From contig OY968769.1 of assembly GCA_963695345.1 (NCBI GenBank), positions 544,001 through 608,000 of the forward strand: a stretch of 64,000 nt of DNA, given 5' to 3'. Below the pieces are notes generated by a model. It searched no databases. It was given only the letters and a program-made list of their open reading frames with translations, and was not told where the DNA came from. How positions within the stretch are numbered: position 1 is the first letter of the stretch; each line of letters opens with the position of its first letter. The position numbers and the translations under genes are program-made. This DNA comes from an uncultured Methanomassiliicoccales archaeon. Its GTDB lineage: Archaea > Thermoplasmatota > Thermoplasmata > Methanomassiliicoccales > UBA472. Positions 31,311-40,780 of the stretch are shown here, piece after piece.

Positions 31311-32309
31311 GTGTTGAACTTACGAAAGAGGATACCCACCATAATGGACGCCGATGAGATCCTCGACAAGGCGTTCCGCAGGGCGGTCAAGATCGACGCG
31401 GAGGGAGATTCCAAGTTCGACATGATCCGTCGCAAGTCCGGGGCCCGTATCATGGCCACCGCGGATATAATTTCTACCCTTCTGATAAAGTACAACCGAG
31501 CCTTCCCGTCGCTCAACGACCGGAACGAGTTCGTTGCCGAACTGGTCAACGTCCTGATCGGGGTCGACGAGCTGAAGAAGGCCTTGTCAAAACTGGAATG
31601 GGCCGCCCAAAAGATCAGCGAACTGCAGAGAGAGTACAGCGGAAGGGTCTACCGGGCAGGCGACCTCAACGAGATGGACAACGAGCGGAAGCAGTATTAC
31701 GGCCGCATCTCATCCGTCATGCAGAGGATCGACAAGGACCTGAAATTCCTGCAGATGGCCCGCGAGGAGCTGCGGAAGGTCCCTGACTTCGACAACTCCA
31801 TGCCCGCGGTCGTCATCGCCGGTTTCCCGAACGTCGGCAAGAGCCAGCTGGTGGATAAGATCAGCACGGCCAAGCCGCAGATCGCCGCCTACCCGTTCAC
31901 CACCCAGGGCATCGGCGTGGGTCATTTCGAAAAGGGATGGAGGAAGTTCCAGATCATCGATACACCGGGATTGCTGGACCGCCCCCTGGAGGACCGCAAC
32001 GAGATCGAGCTCCAGGCCGTCCTTGCGTTGAAGCATTTGGCTGATGTTATCGTCTTCGTCCTTGACCCTTCAGAAACGTCCGGTTACTCCTACGAAAAGC
32101 AGTTGCACCTACTGGAATCGATCAAGAAATCGTTCGAAGGCATCCCGATGATCGAGGTCGAGAACAAGGTCGACCTGGTCCGCACCGACAGCGATCGCAT
32201 CAAGATCTCGGCCATGGCCGGAGAGAACTTGGACGAGCTAAGGGATGAGATCGTCAAGGTCCTTAAATCGACAGAGGCGGCGGCCCTCCCGATGGAGCCG
32301 CTGGCGTAA
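31311..32309 (+). CDS. NOG1-family GTPase
   Basis: GFPNVGKS, YPFTT, DTPGLLDRP, NKVD. Confidence 0.92.
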   Translation: MLNLRKRIPTIMDADEILDKAFRRAVKIDAEGDSKFDMIRRKSGARIMATADIISTLLIKYNRAFPSLNDRNEFVAELVNVLIGVDELKKALSKLEWAAQKISELQREYSGRVYRAGDLNEMDNERKQYYGRISSVMQRIDKDLKFLQMAREELRKVPDFDNSMPAVVIAGFPNVGKSQLVDKISTAKPQIAAYPFTTQGIGVGHFEKGWRKFQIIDTPGLLDRPLEDRNEIELQAVLALKHLADVIVFVLDPSETSGYSYEKQLHLLESIKKSFEGIPMIEVENKVDLVRTDSDRIKISAMAGENLDELRDEIVKVLKSTEAAALPMEPLA

Positions 32310-32338
32310 AACAATCTCTTGTTTCAGGGGATGCGGGA

Positions 32339-35300
32339 TTGAAGGAACTCGCCTGCAGCGACAGCATGAAGCGGTACTTCCAGGACATGTACCGCGAGAA
32401 CGACCGTTGCTATGAGATAGCGAAGCTGGCGCGCGAGCAGGGCTTCGATCCGGAAACGTTCGTGGAGATCCCCCAGGCAGAGGACCTGGCGGCCCGGGTC
32501 GAGCAACAGCTCTCCGATTGGCATGTGGAGGGGGTGGCGGAGCGGATACGTGAGCTGAGCCTCACCCATGAAAGCCGGGAGGAGGTCTCCCTGCTGGTGG
32601 CCAAGGAAGTGGCTAAATTCCCGGCCAAGACCCGAGAGGAGGCGCTTGATCGGGCGGTGCGTGTCGGTCTTTCGGTGCTGACCGAGGGGATCCTGGTGGC
32701 ACCTATCGTTGGGATAGGGGCGGTCAAGATCGGCACCAATGGTGATGGCACGGAGTATGTTTCTGTTTTCTTCAATGGACCGATCAGGGCCGCCGGCGGT
32801 ACTGGCCAGGCCATGAGCGTCCTGATCGCCGATGTCGTCCGGCGTGAATTCGGCATCGGAAAGTACGTGCCCACTTTCCAGGAGGTGGAACGGCTGAAGG
32901 AGGAGATCCCGCTCTACAAGATGAAGCAGCATCTCCAGTATCTGCCGTCGAACGAGGAGATCGAGCTGATCTACAAGAACTGCCCGGTCTGCGTGGATGG
33001 GGAGAAGACCGAGGACGCCGAGATATCTGGTTTCCGCGACCTGCCGCGCATCGGCACCAACGCGGTCCGGGGGGGCGTGGCACTGGTAATCTCGGAAGGC
33101 CTGTGCCTGAAGGCCCCGAAGCTGGAGAAGCACGTCAAGAACCTGAAGATGGACGGTTGGGACTTCATCTCGGAGTACAACAAGATGAAGAAAGGTTCCG
33201 GGGACAAGGGAGACAACAAGATCAAGCCGGACTTCAAGTACCTCAAGGACATGCTGGCGGGACGCCCGGTTCTGAGCCACCCCTCCCGGCCCGGGGGGCT
33301 CCGTCTGCGATACGGGAGAGGCAGGACCACCGGACTGGCGGCCCTCGCGGTCAGCCCGGCGACCATGCGTGCGGTCGACGATTTCCTGGCCATCGGCACC
33401 CAGATCAAGATCGAAAGGCCGGGTAAGGCGGGCGCGATAACCCCGTGCGATTCGATCGAGGGACCGATACTGCTGCTCAAGAACGGAGACCTGATCCAGG
33501 CCAACACCATGGCCGAGGCCGATGCGGTCAAATCGGAGATCGTGGAGATCGTCGATCTGGGTGAGGTTCTGCTCCCTTTCGGCGAGTTCGTGGAGAACAA
33601 CCACGTGCTGGTGCAGGGAGACTACACCATCGAATGGTACAAGCAGGAGCTCCTGGCCGCGAGCGACTGGCAGCTTCCCGATGATTGGCGGGACCCGGTC
33701 ACGTTCGAAAGGGCGCTGGAGATCTCGAAGAAGTACCAGGTACCGCTCCATCCCAACTACAACCTCTTCTGGTATGATATCAAGGTACCGGAACTGCTGA
33801 AGCTGCGCGACCACCTGCTCGATGAGGGGAGATGGATCAACCGTTCCCTGGCGGTGCGCATCGAGCCGGGTACAAAGCGCACCATGGAGAATCTGGGCGC
33901 CCTGCATACGGTCTATGGCGATGACCTCATCCTGACCAAGTACGCCTGGCCGCTGATGGCTGGGCTGGGCCTGGGGATCGAAGGGGAGCGAGTGGTCGCC
34001 ACATCGATGCTGGCCGGTGAAGGACCGCTGGATGCCGTCTCGGCAGTCGATGGGGGTGACGGTCAGGGCCAGGGCGGTGACCCGCATAGGGACCAGGATG
34101 GCCCGGCCGGAGAAGGCCAAGGAGAGGTTGCTCAGCCCCCCGCCCCACGCCCTCTTCCCCGTGGGCACGGCGGGCGGGGCCCAGCGTTTCATCGATACGG
34201 TGGCCCGTTCGGCCCAATCGGACAAGAAGGACGAGAACGGCAGGACCTTCTCCAGGAAGAAGGCGGGCGCGGTGAACGCCTCGGTAGGATTGCGGGTCTG
34301 CCCGGAATGCGGGGCCAACACCATCCTGTGCCGATGCGACTGCGGCGCCCACACGGTGCCCCGGGACAAACCCCAGGTGACCTCCATCCCGGTGGACGAG
34401 CTGTTGGAGAAGGCGGCGGAGAGGGTCAACGAGCCGATGCCGGAGAAGATCAAGGGAGTGATCGGGCTGATCTCCAAGAACCGCACCCCGGAACCGCTGG
34501 AGAAGGGCATCCTGAGGTGGAAGCACGGCATCCACGTGAACAAGGACGGCACCATCCGCTACGACATGACCGACGTGCCCCTGACCCACTTCCGTCCCCG
34601 GGAGATCGGCCTTTCGGTGGACAGGGCGAAGGAGCTCGGATACGAGCGCGATGCCCACGGCCTGCCGCTGACCGACGGAGAACAGGTATGCGAACTGAGG
34701 GTCCAGGACATCGTCCCGGCCAAGGTCTGCGGCGATTACCTGGTGAAGGTGGCCGCCTTCGTCGACGACGAGCTGGAGAAGTTCTACGGCCAGCCGCGCT
34801 ACTATAACGCCCGGACCAGGGAGGACCTGATGGGAGCGCTGGCGATCGGTCTCGCGCCGCACACCTCCGGAGGCATCCTGTGCCGGATAATCGGGTTCAC
34901 CGAGGCACATGTCTGTTACGGACATCCGTTCTTCCATGCCGCCAAGAGGCGGAACGCGGACGGTGACGAGGACAGCGTCTCCCTGCTGCTGGACGGCCTG
35001 CTGAACTTTTCCCGGGGCTACCTCCCGGATTCGCGCGGCGGCCTGATGGATGCCCCACTGGTTCTCGCCACCCGGCTGGACCCGAACGAGATCGACAAGG
35101 AGGCGCACAACGTGGACGTGCTCTGGGAATATCCCCTGGCGTTCTACGAGGCGACCATGGCCATGAAGGCCCCGAAGGAGGTCCAGGACAGCATGGACCT
35201 GGTCGGCGGGAGGATCAAGTCGCTGCTGCAGTATGAGGGCTTCGGATACACCCACGACACCAACGACATTGCGGAAGGCCCGGTCTTCAGTGCGTACAAG

Positions 35301-35879
35301 ACGCTCGGCTCGATGATGAACAAGCTCCAGGCCCAGTTCGTCCTGGCGAAGGAGATCAGGGCGATCGACAAGATGGATGTCGCGCACCGCATCGTCACCA
35401 AGCACTTCATGCCCGACCTGATCGGCAACCTGGGCGCATTCTCCGGGCAGAAGGTCCGCTGCACCAAGTGCGGCAAGATCTACCGGCGGGTGCCGCTGAC
35501 CGGCAAATGCTATTGCGGCAACAACCTGACCATGACGGTGGCCGAGGGGAGCGTCAAGAAGTATCTCAGGATCACCAAGCTGATCGGCAAGGAATATGGC
35601 CTGCCGAACTATACCAGGCAGCGCATCGGTTTGATGGAGAGCTCGATCCAGTCGATGTTCGGCGGAGAGATCGACGACGAGGACATCTCGATCGACGATT
35701 TCATCCTGGAGAAGGAGAGCGCCAAACTGAAGGGCAAGAAGAAGTCGAACATGGTCTGCTCGCTGGACATCTATGACGGGGCCGGCTGCGAGGAAGAGCC
35801 GGCATCGGAAGAGAGCATCGATGACTTCTCCGCGGAAGAACCGGAGGAAACGGACGAAAGCCCCAGGCTGGATGATTGA
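32339..35879 (+). CDS. polC: DNA polymerase D large subunit DP2 (one frameshift near 34050, no intein)
   Basis: GPIRAAGGT, GGLRLRYGRGR, RIGTRMARPEKA, HAAKRRNADGDED, C-terminal zinc finger. Confidence 0.95.
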
Positions 35880-35912
35880 GAATAGAAAAATTAGGAAATT
35901 GGTTTTAGGGGT

Positions 35913-36755
35913 TTAGGCCGCTTCCAAGGTGGAGATGAGCTCCCGGAAATCCTCGAACTTCTGTTCCAGGATCGCGAGCGCCTTTACCAGTGCCTGCTTG
36001 GCGGTGACCGAGCCGTCCGTCTCGAACTCGAACACGAACTTGTTCTTGTCGCCTTCGACCTTGACCGCCTTGCTGTTCTTGCAGACATCGACGCAGGCCA
36101 TGCACATGGTGCAGGCGGCCTCGTTGACCACCGCTACCTTTCCGTCCTTCTTGGCGAAGACCTTCTTGGGGCAGACATCGATGCAGGCGCCGCCATTGTC
36201 GCATTTGGAGAGGTCGATCTTGACGCTCGGCAGATACTTGTAGCCGACACCCGAGGTGGCCTGCCACTTGGCGTGCTTATGTCCGATGCCCAGTTCAGCG
36301 GAGGCGTAGACCAGGATGGCCTGTCCCGCTCCCAGCCTGACGATCGGGATGAGCTGGTCCTTGACCCGGTACTCCTCCGAGCCCAGCGGCTCCAGGTCGC
36401 CGGAGTACACTTCGCATGGCCCCTTCTTGTTGAGGGAGTACATGATGGTGCAGCTCGGGCATCCTTCGCCGGCGCAGGTACACGCGTCCTTGGGGACGAA
36501 CAGGCTCGGATCGGATGGGATCGGGACCAGTCCCAGCCGGTGCGACACTATCTCGTCGAACAGGGGGCTGACGCTCTCGAACTCGTTCCCTTCCTCGTCC
36601 CTTATCGGGCCGAGGTGGAACTCCACCGTCTCGATGGCCATCTTCGGGATCTCGGAGATGAGCACCCGGCGGAGCGCGTTGGCCTCCTCCGGGGTAGCGT
36701 CCGAGACCAGGAACTTGGCCTGGTGTTCGGTCATCTCGATTATCTTCACGTCCAT
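35913..36755 (-). CDS. rpoD: RNA polymerase subunit Rpo3/D with ferredoxin-like domain
   Basis: ANALRR, FDEIVSHRLGLVP, HAKW, CTMCMACVDVC. Confidence 0.95.
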   Translation of the reverse strand: MDVKIIEMTEHQAKFLVSDATPEEANALRRVLISEIPKMAIETVEFHLGPIRDEEGNEFESVSPLFDEIVSHRLGLVPIPSDPSLFVPKDACTCAGEGCPSCTIMYSLNKKGPCEVYSGDLEPLGSEEYRVKDQLIPIVRLGAGQAILVYASAELGIGHKHAKWQATSGVGYKYLPSVKIDLSKCDNGGACIDVCPKKVFAKKDGKVAVVNEAACTMCMACVDVCKNSKAVKVEGDKNKFVFEFETDGSVTAKQALVKALAILEQKFEDFRELISTLEAA

Positions 36756-36767
36756 GTTTGGAACCTC

Positions 36768-37151
36768 TTACACCCTTCTTCCCCTGCGGCCACCCTTCTT
36801 CTTGGTGCCGTCGTGCGGGACCGGAGTGACATCCTCGATGCGGCCGATCTTCATGCCGGCACGGGCCAGTGCACGGATCGCGGCCTGAGCGCCCGGACCG
36901 GGCGAGGCGGACTTGTTGCCGCCTGGAGCGCGCACCTTGACATGTATGCCCTCGATGCCCTTCTCCTTGGCGATCTCGGCGACCCTCTCCGCCGCCCTCA
37001 TGGCGGCGTACGGCGAGGATTCGTCCTTGGCCTGCTTCACGACCATACCGCCAGTGGCCTTGGTTATGGTCTCTGCACCGGTTATGTCCGTGAGCGTTAT
37101 TATTATGTTGTTGTAGCTCGCGAAGACGTTAGCTATACCCCATTTGCCCAT
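36768..37151 (-). CDS. rps11: 30S ribosomal protein uS11
   Basis: [31 protein letters not shown]. Confidence 0.97.
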   Translation of the reverse strand: MGKWGIANVFASYNNIIITLTDITGAETITKATGGMVVKQAKDESSPYAAMRAAERVAEIAKEKGIEGIHVKVRAPGGNKSASPGPGAQAAIRALARAGMKIGRIEDVTPVPHDGTKKKGGRRGRRV

Positions 37152-37886
37152 TTACTGTGCCCCCTTGTCTGCTGGAAGATCGAGCGGAACTGCCGGCGCG
37201 TTGATGGACGCTGCGGCTGCCGCGGCCTCCTTCGGGACCTTCTTGACGAACTTCGGCTTGCCGAATCCGCCGCCGCCCCTGCCTCCGAACTTGCCGCCTC
37301 TCCTGTCCTCGAACTGCGGCTCCCTCTTGGGCTTCTTGGCGCGCAGCTCCAGGGCCTCCTGCTGCGAGATGCGCAGCGGGTGGGTGTCGTTGGCGATCGG
37401 CGAGCGGGGGTTGATGACGATCTTGTCCTCTTCACCGCGGGTGACTATGTAGCCGGGTATGGTGACCTTGCGTTCATCGATGGCGACATGGCCGTGGATG
37501 ATGAACTGGCGTGCCTGACCGGGGGTGATGGCGAATCCCTTGCGCATCACGATGGTCTGGAGGCGGCGCTCGAGCATAGACTTGGTCTGTAGACCGAGCA
37601 CATCATCGAGGGTGGCGCCCTCCATCGGCAGGAGTCCGATCCTGGCGCAGCTCGCGAGCAGGTTCCTGGCTTCCAGCTTTGCCTGCTCCTCGCCGGTCCT
37701 GGTGCGGGCCTGCAGGTCCCTGGACTGCTTTCTCAGGTCCCTTACCTGGGTCTTTGCCTTCCAAAGCTCCCTCTTGTTCTTCAGGCCGTATTCCTTTACG
37801 ACGATTGCCTCTTCCTTGATACGCTCGCCCTGCCACGGGTGGGAGGGGGTGTTAAAGGATTTGCGTGGAAATTTAGGGTCTCCCAT
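37152..37886 (-). CDS. rps4: 30S ribosomal protein uS4
   Basis: MGDPKFPRK..PSHPW, YGLKNKRELW, LERRLQT. Confidence 0.97.
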   Translation of the reverse strand: MGDPKFPRKSFNTPSHPWQGERIKEEAIVVKEYGLKNKRELWKAKTQVRDLRKQSRDLQARTRTGEEQAKLEARNLLASCARIGLLPMEGATLDDVLGLQTKSMLERRLQTIVMRKGFAITPGQARQFIIHGHVAIDERKVTIPGYIVTRGEEDKIVINPRSPIANDTHPLRISQQEALELRAKKPKREPQFEDRRGGKFGGRGGGGFGKPKFVKKVPKEAAAAAASINAPAVPLDLPADKGAQ

Positions 37887-37895
37887 GGTAACACC

Positions 37896-38576
37896 TTATT
37901 TCTTGGCTTCCTTCGGCGCAGCCGGTGCCGATTTCTTCTCTTCCTTGTCGCCACCGCCGCCCTGCTGCTGAAGCCTCTGCCTCATGACACCCAGGGTCAG
38001 TCCGGTCCTTCCGTTCGACCTTGTGCGCTGGCCGCGGACCTTCTGGCCCGTTTCATGCCTTACGCCGCGGTAGGTCTTGATCATCTTCATCCGGTTGATG
38101 TCGTCCTTCAGCATGACGTCCTGGTCGATGCCGACCACGTGCATGTCGTCACCGGTCTCGAGGTCGTTCTGCCGGTTGATGGCCCATGTCGGGGCGTAGT
38201 CGGCGTAGGTGGAGATCAGACTCTCCATCTCCTCGATCTTCTCGTCACTGACGTTACCGATCTTCTCGGTCCTGGAGACGGCCGCCTTCTTGACAATGAT
38301 GTCAGCGACGCGCTTGCCGACGCCCTTCACTCCCTGAATGGCGATGATGACCGGCTTCTCTCCGTCCAGGTCGGTGTTGACGATACGGACGATGTATTTG
38401 AAGTTGGCATTCTCATGCTTGATGATGGCCTTGGTCGGCTCCTTCTTTTCAGCAGGTTCCGCCTTTGCTCCCTTATCATCTTTCTTATGGCCATCCTTGC
38501 CCTCCTTCTTTTCCTTCTGGGGCTTCTCGGCCTTCTGCGACTCTTCGTTCTTTGGTTCTTTTTCCTTGTCAGCCAA
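37896..38576 (-). CDS. rps13: 30S ribosomal protein uS13 with charged N-terminal extension
   Basis: FKYIVRIVNTDLDG, YRGVRH..GQKVRGQRTRSNGR; TTG start after GGAGG. Confidence 0.95.
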   Translation of the reverse strand: MADKEKEPKNEESQKAEKPQKEKKEGKDGHKKDDKGAKAEPAEKKEPTKAIIKHENANFKYIVRIVNTDLDGEKPVIIAIQGVKGVGKRVADIIVKKAAVSRTEKIGNVSDEKIEEMESLISTYADYAPTWAINRQNDLETGDDMHVVGIDQDVMLKDDINRMKMIKTYRGVRHETGQKVRGQRTRSNGRTGLTLGVMRQRLQQQGGGGDKEEKKSAPAAPKEAKK

Positions 38577-38750
38577 AGGTATTCCTCCGGTGTACTGCAG
38601 ATCCAATGATTCTGAATCTCCCCTCTTTGGAGTATCGACCACGGCGCTCAAACGCGACGGGGACAGTTCCCATCTCTGGATAGGGGTCCAGTCCGGGAAC
38701 CGATCGCCCTAAGGGGCGACCGCTCCGAGCACATTAGGTGCTCTGGTAGG
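38577..38750 (-). promoter_or_regulatory. Structured 5' leader of the rps13 operon
   Basis: Consecutive hairpins between TATA box (38770-38778) and start codon. Confidence 0.5.
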
Positions 38751-38949
38751 ACTCAGTCAATCCCTAATCTATATATAAGGTTTGTCCGAGCCGGGCCATT
38801 GGTTCTATGTCGGTATCGCCTGCCCGTTATTAATCATTTCATGACTGGTCGTTCACCATATCGTGTCTTGTGACGGACCAACGAACCTTTGGTGGATGCC
38901 TGTGGCTTTTCCGCCTCAGAAGTATTAATATCCCGGAAATCAACGAATA

Positions 38950-40671
38950 ATGGATATCATGACCGATAGCGCAGAGAATGGCGGAAAGGCTCGGGCTTTG
39001 GCAGTGTTTACGGTATCCGCGTTGGTTCTGGCGTCTTTTCTCGTTCTGTTGGGTGCGGGCATCGGGCAGGCCGCCTCCCCCTCGGATGAGGCCTCGCTGG
39101 CAAGCAGATACGCTCCCACGCTGCAGTTCTCCCATGCTGAGAGGACCTACCCTTGCGACATCGAGTTCTTCGTGTCACGATGCAACCTGAACCTGAGCTC
39201 CGGGACTTCCCAGAGCTTGGCGGCTGCCGAGGGGACCTTTTCAGCCTTAGATCTCGGATCGTACAGCGGGACGTCACATTATCTGGACAACACGGTCGGC
39301 ACGAACAAGGATGACCGGATCATCAACGACTATCAGAACAGCAAGGACGAATGGACGCAGACCGTGTATTGGCATATCGGGACCTCAGGGGGCACCACCT
39401 ACATCCAATACTGGATGTTCTACGTGTTCAACGAGGGGACCTTCAACAACCATGAGGGCGACTGGGAAATGGTCCAGGTGAACCTCGATTCGACCATGAA
39501 GGCCGAGAGCGTTGGGTTCAGCCAACACAACAACGGCGTGAGCGCGGCCTGGTCGGACGTGGAGAAGAACGGAGATAGCCCCATCAGCTATGTGGCCAAG
39601 GGCAGCCATGCGAACTATCTCCGGTCATACCAAGGGAAGCTGGGGTTCGCGCAGGACGTGGTCGACGGCAGCGGCAAGAGGCTCACCCTGAGCGATTACA
39701 CCCTGGTGAGACTGGATAACTCGCTGGGATGGACCGAGTTCGCCGGCGCCTGGGGGAACTGGGGGGACCCGACCGATTCCTTCATGGGCCAGCGGGGACC
39801 GCCTGGGCCGCAGTTCCGGGTCAGCGATACCGGCACCACCATGTGGGATGGAGCGATCTGGGTTGCATCTATCTCCTCCCTGAACAACAACATGCTGACG
39901 ATAGAGCTGCTTCTCTCCTACATCTGGCCCATATTCATTGTGATCCTAGCGATACCGGTGGCCTTCTTGGTTCTCCGCATCTACAGAAAATCGAAACGGC
40001 ATGAGCTGAAGCGGCCGTATAACGAGCTGATCAATTTCCGAGGCTCGAACCTGAGGACGGCGGCGAACTTCCTGGCCATCGTCGGGATAGTGGTCGGTCT
40101 GGTATCGGCGTTCTTCCCGTACTACACCGCCTCCGCCAACGTCCAATCCGGCTCGCTGAACACCCAAGGCTATGTGGACATATTCTCCATAGACGGCTGG
40201 AACGGGGTCCGGGTGAATACGCTCGATCCGGACATGGGGGTCACCCAGCTGACCGCTGTACCGATCCCGTTTGGGGTCCTCATCCTGGCCATGGCCATAT
40301 TGTTCGTGATCGGAATGACGGCGCTGGATGAACGTAAGGTCCGCGGGAGATATCTGGGAAGAGGGGTCCGACTGATAATCCCGCTGTTCCTGACGATCCT
40401 GGCGGTGATGGCCATCGAAAGCATCCTGCCCTATGTGAACCCGGTCCCCGATTCGACATATGCCATGGACGCCCTCCGCACGATGGCCCAGAGCCCGTTG
40501 GGAGGAACATCGGGCTCGTTCGCATACCCGCCGTTCGGCACGGTCCAACTGAGATGGGGCATCGGCATCGGACTGATACTGATGGTGCTGGCTGGGGTGA
40601 TGCTGATCATCGGAGGATTGCTCCAAGGTTATGCCGTCAAGCAGGAGGGAGCCCAGACCCGGCGGACATGA
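38950..40671 (+). CDS. Vps62-like secreted domain with C-terminal TM helices
   Basis: Signal peptide; RYAP.L.F; IQYWMFYVFN..HEGDWE; YVAKGSHANY. Confidence 0.7.
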   Translation: MDIMTDSAENGGKARALAVFTVSALVLASFLVLLGAGIGQAASPSDEASLASRYAPTLQFSHAERTYPCDIEFFVSRCNLNLSSGTSQSLAAAEGTFSALDLGSYSGTSHYLDNTVGTNKDDRIINDYQNSKDEWTQTVYWHIGTSGGTTYIQYWMFYVFNEGTFNNHEGDWEMVQVNLDSTMKAESVGFSQHNNGVSAAWSDVEKNGDSPISYVAKGSHANYLRSYQGKLGFAQDVVDGSGKRLTLSDYTLVRLDNSLGWTEFAGAWGNWGDPTDSFMGQRGPPGPQFRVSDTGTTMWDGAIWVASISSLNNNMLTIELLLSYIWPIFIVILAIPVAFLVLRIYRKSKRHELKRPYNELINFRGSNLRTAANFLAIVGIVVGLVSAFFPYYTASANVQSGSLNTQGYVDIFSIDGWNGVRVNTLDPDMGVTQLTAVPIPFGVLILAMAILFVIGMTALDERKVRGRYLGRGVRLIIPLFLTILAVMAIESILPYVNPVPDSTYAMDALRTMAQSPLGGTSGSFAYPPFGTVQLRWGIGIGLILMVLAGVMLIIGGLLQGYAVKQEGAQTRRT

Positions 40672-40780
40672 ACTTACCCAAGAAGTAAATGAACGCAACG
40701 GTGCCAGGCGATGCTGGCAACCCTTGCCCTTCACGATCGAACCAACGATAGTTCGATCAGAAATGAAAATGGAAGGTGTT

